Positions 60,375 to 64,000 of a stretch of DNA of 64,000 nucleotides are shown one piece after another; positions within the stretch are counted from its first letter, which is position 1, and every line of letters begins with the position of its first letter. A model generated the notes under the pieces. The model was not told the DNA's origin. It made no database searches and was given only the letters and a program-made list of their open reading frames with translations. The DNA is from Octopus bimaculoides. Taxonomy: Eukaryota. The translations under genes were made by a program, and so were the position numbers. The stretch covers positions 3,984,532 through 4,048,531 of the forward strand of contig NC_068999.1 in assembly GCF_001194135.2 (NCBI RefSeq). The letters run 5' to 3'.

Positions 60375-61831
60375 CATTATTATTATTGTGCTTTCTCATT
60401 ATTTGGTGACAAGCATAAAAGCCATTGATACATTTACAAAGCCATTGATAAGCCTGCTAAAGTATTGAGACTTGTGATTATTCATAAACCTAACGCACGC
60501 ACACACACNNNNNNNNNNNNNNNNNNNNNNNNNNNNNNNNNNNNNNNNNNNNNNNNNNNNNNNNNNNNNNNNNNNNNNNNNNNNNNNNNNNNNNNNNNNN
60601 NNNNNNNNNNNNNNNNNNNNNNNNNNNNNNNNNNNNNNNNNNNNNNNNNNNNNNNNNNNNNNNNNNNNNNNNNNNNNNNNNNNNNNNNNNNNNNNNNNNN
60701 NNNNNNNNNNNNNNNNNNNNNNNNNNNNNNNNNNNNNNNNNNNNNNNNNNNNNNNNNNNNNNNNNNNNNNNNNNNNNNNNNNNNNNNNNNNNNNNNNNNN
60801 NNNNNNNNNNNNNNNNNNNNNNNNNNNNNNNNNNNNNNNNNNNNNNNNNNNNNNNNNNNNNNNNNNNNNNNNNNNNNNNNNNNNNNNNNNNNNNNNNNNN
60901 NNNNNNNNNNNNNNNNNNNNNNNNNNNNNNNNNNNNNNNNNNNNNNNNNNNNNNNNNNNNNNNNNNNNNNNNNNNNNNNNNNNNNNNNNNNNNNNNNNNN
61001 NNNNNNNNNNNNNNNNNNNNNNNNNNNNNNNNNNNNNNNNNNNNNNNNNNNNNNNNNNNNNNNNNNNNNNNNNNNNNNNNNNNNNNNNNNNNNNNNNNNN
61101 NNNNATGGAAGACCAGCAGTCGCCCATGCATACCGGCCTCCCCTCTCCATGCCACCAGTGTTATCCAAGGGAAAGGCAAAGGGGCCGATACAGCTTGGCA
61201 CCAGTGATGTCGCATCTCATTTCTACAGCAGAGTAAACTGGAGCAACGTGAAATAGTGTCTTGCTCAAGAACACAACACACAGCCTGGTCCAGGAATTGA
61301 ACTTACTACCTCATGATTGTGAGCCCAACTCTCTAACCACTGAGCCATGAGCCTTCCCTGTGTGAGAGGTAAACACATAATAAAACTCAGTAGCAACCCT
61401 TAAGATTGGCACTGCTACCCCTTCCTTTAGACTCACTTTTTCCCTGTTTCTTTTGGCAATAGCATCAAGTCATTGCAGAACCTTGCATTCTTTAAAGTTA
61501 CACAACACAGAGAAAACAACCACAACAGTATATTTGTCCTGGTGAGGGTAGAAGCAAGCATTGCAAGGGACAGGTACCACCTGTTTCAAACAAATCATTT
61601 GTTTTAGGAAATTTAAAAAAAAAAAAAAGAAATAATAATAATAATAAGTCAAAATATAAGTGAAGAATTATTTTTGATTTTTTTTTTTTCCTGTTTATTG
61701 TAGAAAAACGACATCAACGTTCCAAAAAGTTGCTTTGACAAACTCTACTCACCGTTTAAGTTGGATTCTGATATTGTGAAAGAAGAAGATAACTATTTCA
61801 CTGCACCGTTTAATCAGGAGAGATTAAAACA
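6606..61831 (+). CDS. ANO: Anoctamin/TMEM16 family gene, 5' part (multi-exon; continues beyond window)
   Basis: Spliced model [141 protein letters not shown]-[missing exon][42 protein letters not shown]. All junctions are GT-AG and phase-compatible. The YF.D..R.ID+VL, F...L...GLELE and YFTAPF motifs match the anoctamin N-terminal cytosolic (dimerisation) domain. Paralog not resolvable. Confidence 0.88.
7193..7450. mobile_element. hAT(Charlie-like) MITE
   Basis: Imperfect TIRs CAATGTTTCTCAACC / GGGTAAGAAGCACTG. Internal similarity to the copy at 16857. Confidence 0.7.
8540..8820. promoter_or_regulatory. CpG-rich promoter-like segment (GC box, CCAAT x2, E2F-type site)
   Basis: GGGCGGGG 8611-8618, CCAAT 8692-8696, TTTCGCGC 8785-8792 overlapping a CCAAT. 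GC and CpG are elevated over the flanks. Confidence 0.35.
8825..8886 (+). mobile_element. SINE family A, 5' head only
   Basis: ggcggtgagctggcagaaacgttagcacaccgggcgaaatgcttagcggtatttcg; truncated before the B box. Confidence 0.8.
8925..9093 (-). mobile_element. tRNA-derived SINE family B, 5' half
   Basis: Near-identical to the corresponding part of 59835-60240. Confidence 0.88.
11948..12112 (+). mobile_element. SINE family A
   Basis: ttctgaattcaaatcctgccgagacgaactttgcctttcgtcatttcgagatcgataaaataaag matches the family body. Confidence 0.75.
14780..15150. repeat. Alternating purine-pyrimidine (GT/GC/AT) tract
   Basis: Direct reading. Confidence 0.9.
15340..15900. mobile_element. Cluster of SINE family A pieces in both orientations
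   Basis: Minus head at 15340-15367, + copy about 15370-15560, + head about 15578-15680, minus copy about 15745-15900. Confidence 0.75.
16857..17425. mobile_element. hAT MITE (same family as 7193-7450) carrying a nested insertion; right end in gap
   Basis: Left end CAGGGGTTCTCTACC; right subterminal aaaaccttat...ggaccctcgttgag runs into Ns. Confidence 0.7.
17070..17293. mobile_element. Tigger/pogo-type MITE, 224 bp
   Basis: TIRs CAGTAATTCCTCGACTATCGCGG / CCGCGATGTGGCGAGGGATTATTG with TA on both sides (17068-69, 17294-95). Confidence 0.82.
18524..18554 (+). CDS. ANO: Anoctamin candidate alternative first coding exon 1b ([10 protein letters not shown]+G, phase 1)
   Basis: actATG with A at -3, upstream in-frame TAA at 18467, donor AACG|GTATGT, phase matches exon 34559, CpG-retaining surroundings. 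Confidence 0.6.
18600..19010. repeat. Degenerate G-rich minisatellite, unit about 30-40 bp (ttgagggtgaccc...ctggtagg...ggtacta)
   Basis: About 10 recurring TGAGGGT-like motifs. Confidence 0.6.
19225..19410 (-). mobile_element. Dispersed repeat family F with (AAC)n tail (SINE-like)
   Basis: ttgttgtttaaccc..ggtcag...gtgatttgagggagatttggctgttatttctag. Related pieces near 4130, 11110, 19800, 26180, 27190, 28680, 37370 and 44510, and in the opposite orientation near 26490 and 53800. Confidence 0.6.
20346..20577 (+). mobile_element. Internally deleted mariner (Hsmar1/MADE1-like TIRs) retaining the transposase C-terminus
   Basis: TIRs TTGGGTTGGTGCATAGTTATTGTGGTTT / AAACCGCAATAATTATGCCCCAACTCAA with TA TSD. 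20424-20486 encodes [20 protein letters not shown], like mariner LP.RW..VI...G.Y ends. Confidence 0.85.
20688..20855 (+). mobile_element. SINE family A
   Basis: Head plus ttctgagttcaaatatcgtcgaggtc plus the 3' gaattgctggcctcgtgccaaaatttgaaac. Confidence 0.75.
21370..21560 (-). mobile_element. LINE ORF2 C-terminal remnant (CR1/L2/Jockey-type)
   Basis: Reads (AHRRDV with frameshift)[24 protein letters not shown], the typical RR.V..L.LFY.YYNG.CS.EL...+PP motif of these LINE 3' ends. Confidence 0.75.
22585..23200 (-). pseudogene. Stop-riddled coding-like remnant, possibly P-element/THAP9-type transposase
   Basis: One frame gives ...[14 protein letters not shown]...[20 protein letters not shown], with NRGGL reminiscent of the P-type C-terminal RGGL..PS motif. 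Many stops; interrupted by a gap. Confidence 0.25.
24405..24465 (-). mobile_element. RTE-type 3' tail fragment
   Basis: Reverse complement ccgtccaacccatgccagcatggaaa...ttaaacgatg, shared with 41222, 43600, 54607, 57200, 57650 and 58440. Confidence 0.7.
28130..28495 (-). mobile_element. Two SINE family A copies separated by (AAT)n
   Basis: Family match; CpG sites largely mutated to TG/CA. Confidence 0.8.
30714..30941. mobile_element. piggyBac-like MITE (TTAA-CCC ends)
   Basis: Ends cccttccgcattc / aatgctaaagagttaa. Internal homology to 33712-33882. Confidence 0.6.
32105..33062. mobile_element. SINE remnants: family A (+) 32105-32270 and 32590-32660; family B (-) about 32895-33062
   Basis: Degenerate matches to other copies in the window. 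Confidence 0.65.
33712..33882. mobile_element. piggyBac-like MITE, second copy
   Basis: TTAACCCAT...ATGGGTTGAA termini; shares atcatgcattatc...ggtgtga.aggc with 30714. Confidence 0.6.
33987..34286 (+). mobile_element. tRNA-derived SINE family C, apparently full length
   Basis: A box cggcctagtggttagag, B box ggttcgaatc (34026-34035), (CAA)n tail. Confidence 0.8.
34559..34654 (+). CDS. ANO: Anoctamin exon 2 (96 nt, phase 1-1): [32 protein letters not shown]
   Basis: Acceptor tttgttgtttcag, donor CAG|GTAAGT, open frame, joins exon 46606 in phase. An internal possible donor CAG|GTACCA lies at 34627. Confidence 0.75.
35260..35740. mobile_element. Fused SINEs: family D 3' part (-, to about 35392) joined to family B 3' half (+)
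   Basis: atggaagaccagcagtcgcccatgcataccggcctcccctctccatg is identical to 61105 ff., then gccttgtgagtggatttggtagacgg onward is the reverse complement of family B at 59835. Confidence 0.82.
36749..36793 (-). ncRNA. Type I hammerhead-ribozyme-like motif (best folded copy)
   Basis: attttg-CTGAGGA-ggtc ataataa gact-GAAA-cata-TT-tagagt. Stems I and II pair with G-U wobbles; stem III is minimal. Confidence 0.5.
36962..37098 (-). mobile_element. tRNA-derived SINE (family E)
   Basis: Reverse complement ggtgcaaggcctagtagttagggtg...gtggtttcgatccctgg (A/B boxes). Confidence 0.7.
38780..40597. mobile_element. SINE family A copies: two on - (38780-39100), two on + (40255-40597)
   Basis: Family matches with CpG decay. 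Confidence 0.75.
41222..41322 (-). mobile_element. RTE-tail element 3' end with (CAT)n
   Basis: catcatcatcgtttaacgtccgccttccatgctagcatgggttggacg. Confidence 0.8.
43300..43682 (+). mobile_element. Two tandem RTE-tail repeat fragments
   Basis: ...ccatctgactcatgcaagtatgg...aatgatgat and ...ccatccaacccatgctaccatagaaaatggatgctaaatgattatgatgat. Confidence 0.65.
44829..45150. repeat. Higher-order tandem repeat, unit about 100 bp, built from RY dinucleotides
   Basis: Anchor tgtgtgtctacacatacctc at 44829, 44927, 45031 and 45131; runs into a gap. Confidence 0.9.
46606..46676 (+). CDS. ANO: Anoctamin exon 3 (71 nt, phase 1-0): [24 protein letters not shown]
   Basis: Acceptor ctaatctttcatttacag, donor GAG|GTAATT, phase-compatible on both sides. 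Confidence 0.75.
48000..48410. repeat. Degenerate minisatellite, unit about 50 bp (ttgttg.tgtgacc...tatgttga.gac)
   Basis: Recurrent tgtgacc and tatgtt motifs. Confidence 0.5.
49200..49990 (+). mobile_element. Three SINE family A copies in tandem orientation
   Basis: Family matches at about 49200-49330, 49382-49520 and 49795-49990. Confidence 0.8.
50524..50554 (+). CDS. ANO: Candidate micro-exon (31 nt, phase 0-1): [10 protein letters not shown]
   Basis: Strong acceptor tttctttatttttctgccag and donor GAG|GTGAGG. Only the phase-0 frame is open. Confidence 0.6.
52959..53502. repeat. Tandem duplication, 2 x about 271 bp (period 273)
   Basis: Copies 52959-53229 and 53232-53502 differ at three positions that I could see. 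Confidence 0.95.
54134..54171 (+). CDS. ANO: Candidate micro-exon (38 nt, phase 1-0): [13 protein letters not shown]
   Basis: Acceptor ttttgtttccattgacag, weaker donor CAT|GTAACT. Restores frame together with the 31-nt exon (31+38=69 nt). Confidence 0.55.
54607..54870 (-). mobile_element. RTE-tail SINE-like element
   Basis: (CAT)n tail plus similarity to 57200-57540, including internal gcttttta..tg.caccagcac repeats. Confidence 0.75.
57010..57540 (-). mobile_element. SINE family A (57010-57192) abutting an RTE-tail element (57200-57540)
   Basis: Family matches. The second element has three internal gctttttacrtgc.acyggyac repeats. Confidence 0.8.
58230..58480 (+). mobile_element. RTE LINE 3' remnant
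   Basis: Reads RGPRSA*HDVAK...[14 protein letters not shown]...QPMPTWK, resembling the RTE ORF2 end (RGRP..TW..VV..DL..L.L...MT.DR..W), followed by the shared tail. Confidence 0.65.
59475..59633 (+). CDS. ANO: Anoctamin conserved exon (159 nt, phase 0-0): [21 protein letters not shown]...GLELEYATK
   Basis: Hallmark anoctamin N-domain motifs, tandem acceptor ctgAAG/AAG, donor AAG|GTATAA. Confidence 0.92.
59835..60240 (-). mobile_element. tRNA-derived SINE family B, full length, young
   Basis: Reverse complement starts aggagtagctatgtggtaagtagc...gggttcagtcccac (A/B-box like). Central CA/TA tract; CpGs retained. Confidence 0.9.
61105..61357 (-). mobile_element. tRNA-derived SINE family D
   Basis: Reverse complement ggaaggctcatggctcagtggttagag...aagttcaattcctgg (A/B boxes). 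3' end in gap. Confidence 0.85.
61704..61831 (+). CDS. ANO: Anoctamin exon (128 nt, phase 0-2): KNDINVPK...[12 protein letters not shown]
   Basis: Acceptor ttcctgtttattgtag, donor CA|GTGAGT, YFTAPF motif of the anoctamin N-domain. Confidence 0.88.
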
Positions 61832-61877
61832 GTGAGTATTTGAGTTTTGTTTCTTGAGATTCTCAGAATTACATTTG

Positions 61878-62198
61878 AATCTCTTTTAGTATTCATATCA
61901 ACTCTTTTACCATTCGCACCAACTTTTTTACCATTCACATTATTTCTTTTAGCATTCGCACCGACTCTTCTTTAGCATTTGCTGCAACTCTTTTAGTCAT
62001 TGCACCAAATCTTTTAGCATTCATTCCAACTCTTTTAGCATTTGCACCAAGTCTTTTAGTATTCACATCAACTCTTTTATAATTTGCACCTACTCTTTCA
62101 ATATTCATACCAACTCTTTTAGTCTTTGCACCAAATCTTTTAGCATTCATTTCAATTCTTTTAGCATTCATTTCAATTCTTTTAGCATTCATACCAAT
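61878..62198. repeat. 21-bp minisatellite (actcttttagcattcatacca), about 15 units
   Basis: Direct reading; gives the 7-aa periodic antisense ORF 61935-62219. Confidence 0.9.
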
Positions 62199-62827
62199 TA
62201 CAAATTGTATTTCAATCACACCCTAATTCTAATATTAGACATTATAATCGCACATCTGAAGCATGAAAGAATCACAGACTTACTAAGGCACCCATGTATA
62301 TATTCCTCGCCAGCTGACATAATTATCAACTGCACTACAGAGCATCCACCCATCTACCATTCCACCCATCTACCCATCCACCCATCCACCCATCTACCAT
62401 TCCATCATAAATTCATCAGTTATTTCTGTTACTTTTCTGTATTATTATACGTCCACACAGTAAATAGTCAGTACTTGCCACTAGAAAGATAGGCTATTCT
62501 GCTCATGTCTCATATATCATCGTTTGGTGTTTGCGGTAAGAAATAACCCCTTTCTCACATTAAATATTAAAATCTTAGATGTTAATTTATAATTTACTTC
62601 TCTTCAGAATCCCAAGGGACAATGCTTACTTTCAGTTTCAGAATCGAGACAAATTTCCCATGGATAAGATGCTAGACCTTTCTTTGAAAGTGGTTCTTGT
62701 TTTGAGAAGACCAACATGTTCCCTCATCAACTCTTCAGTACTAACTAACACTACCTGCTACACAATAGTGTTATACTTCGTTGTTGTACCTCTTTACAGC
62801 TAGGTGGACTGAGCTGTTGTATGTCCT

Positions 62828-63184
62828 TGAGCAGTTGCAGAGCCTCTGAGCAGTTGCAGAGCCCCTGGGCAGCTGCAGAGCTCCTGAGCAACTGCAGAGC
62901 CCCTGGGCAGTTGCAGAGCCCCGTAGCTGCTGCAGAGAATTTGAGCAATTGCAGTGCACCTGAGCAATTGCCGTGCACCTAAGCAATTGCCGTGCACCTG
63001 AGCAATTGCCGTGCACCTGAGCAATTGCAGTGCACCTGAGCAATTGCAGTGCACCTGAGCAATTGCCATGCACCTGGGCAGTTGCAGTGCACCTGGGCAG
63101 TTGCATTGCACCTGAGCAGTTGCAGTGCACCTGAGCAATTGCAGTGCACCTGAGCAATTGCAGTGCACCTGAGCAGTTGCACAC
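62828..63184. repeat. 19-bp minisatellite (gcaattgcagtgcacctga), about 18-19 units, two sub-blocks
   Basis: Left block gcagttgcagagcccctgr; right block of 12 units gcaattgcagtgcacctga. Confidence 0.95.
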
Positions 63185-64000
63185 AATGAACTCACTACTA
63201 TTATGAGTGTTTCAAGTCTCAAAAATGCTAAATAGACTTTTTGTATTTTTTGCTAATTGACATCCATTGAGTCAACAAATCAAAGCTTTTCTGTCCGGCT
63301 CTAATGAGGGAGATATTGGAAGTGTGAGGTGTCAATCATCTCAATGAATTAAAATCCATTTCACGCTTGATTAATTATCCTAAAACAGACTCCACCCTTT
63401 CTACATACGGTAGATCGATTAAAGTTATCGATCTGGTTTGTTCAGTTTCTGCAATGGAAATACATCAAGAATAGAAATGTAAGTCGCTTTCATGATCGTT
63501 CCTCGCCAAGTGGATATATTGTGTTGACAGGAGACAAGTAGTGGTAGTGGTGGGGGACCTGATCATGTGACCCCCCACCCCACCCCCGTGAAGTGAAGAA
63601 AGCAATTATATAAACTTTGTCGTATTGTCACAGGTTTTAATGTAGGAAATGTGTCTTAGTGTCCTTAAGGAGAGAAAACAGAAAATAACAAAAGACGAAA
63701 AGAGATTAATGAACAATGGCATTTCTAAGGTGTTATCTCTCTTTCAATTTGTACAAGGAAATAATGTTGTTTCTGTTGTTATGGAGACAGGGTCAGTTCT
63801 GATTGTTGTTGTATAACAATAGTCAGATCTGATTGAACAAAGGTGGGTTATAAATGTTCTTGCTAAGGTTGTTGTTAATGTGACAATGGTCAATTTTGTT
63901 GTTGTTCTTGCTAATATAGACATGGTCACTTTTGTTGTTGTTGTGGTTAGCCATACTCTCATTTTGAATACAGATATATTGTAGCAGTTATTGGTGTTGC

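Noticed and set aside
562-61281. Long ORF-track entries with X runs or [20 protein letters not shown] content
   Set aside because: They are translations of N gaps and microsatellites, not genes.
61482-61544. Phase 0-0 candidate exon [21 protein letters not shown] as the missing anoctamin exon
   Set aside because: Lacks the HAP/YAE motifs and has a poor polypyrimidine tract.
62608-62803. Good acceptor plus open frame IPRDNAYFQFQNRDKFPMDK... as the next anoctamin exon
   Set aside because: Only vague likeness to the expected F.I...DTFF...R..IV..IL, no convincing donor, and the frame ends in a stop.
62771-63222. Cys-rich repetitive ORFs (metallothionein- or keratin-like look)
   Set aside because: The 19-bp unit is not a codon multiple; the ORFs are by-products of the minisatellite.
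1-64000. CRISPR arrays, rRNA, operons or other prokaryotic systems
   Set aside because: No repeat-spacer arrays, rRNA or dense ORFs; the window is intron-rich animal DNA.

Overview
AT-rich, repeat-dense animal genomic DNA from a draft assembly with roughly 7 kb of N gaps. The tRNA-derived SINEs, RTE-type tails and microsatellite load look like an octopus/cephalopod, but that taxon call is an inference. One host gene is supported: the 5' part of an anoctamin/TMEM16 gene on the + strand, none of whose exons appears as a recognisable product in the ORF track. Its exons are two candidate alternative first coding exons (6606-6633 MEREKLVEN; 18524-18554 [10 protein letters not shown]), then 34559-34654 and 46606-46676, two phase-coupled micro-exons (50524-50554, 54134-54171), 59475-59633 ([15 protein letters not shown]...[13 protein letters not shown]) and 61704-61831 (YFTAPF). 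One conserved exon appears to be missing, probably inside a gap, and the gene continues past the window. The introns hold several SINE families, hAT/Tc1/mariner/Tigger/piggyBac-like MITEs (some nested), LINE 3' remnants and minisatellites. The most interesting unexplained signals are about six decayed hammerhead-ribozyme-like motifs, the micro-exon/alternative N-terminus architecture, a CpG-decay boundary near 24-26 kb, and a perfect 24-bp hairpin. I cannot demonstrate a wholly new biological system from sequence alone. Most ORF-track entries are microsatellite or N-gap artefacts. Repeat boundaries were read by eye and are approximate.
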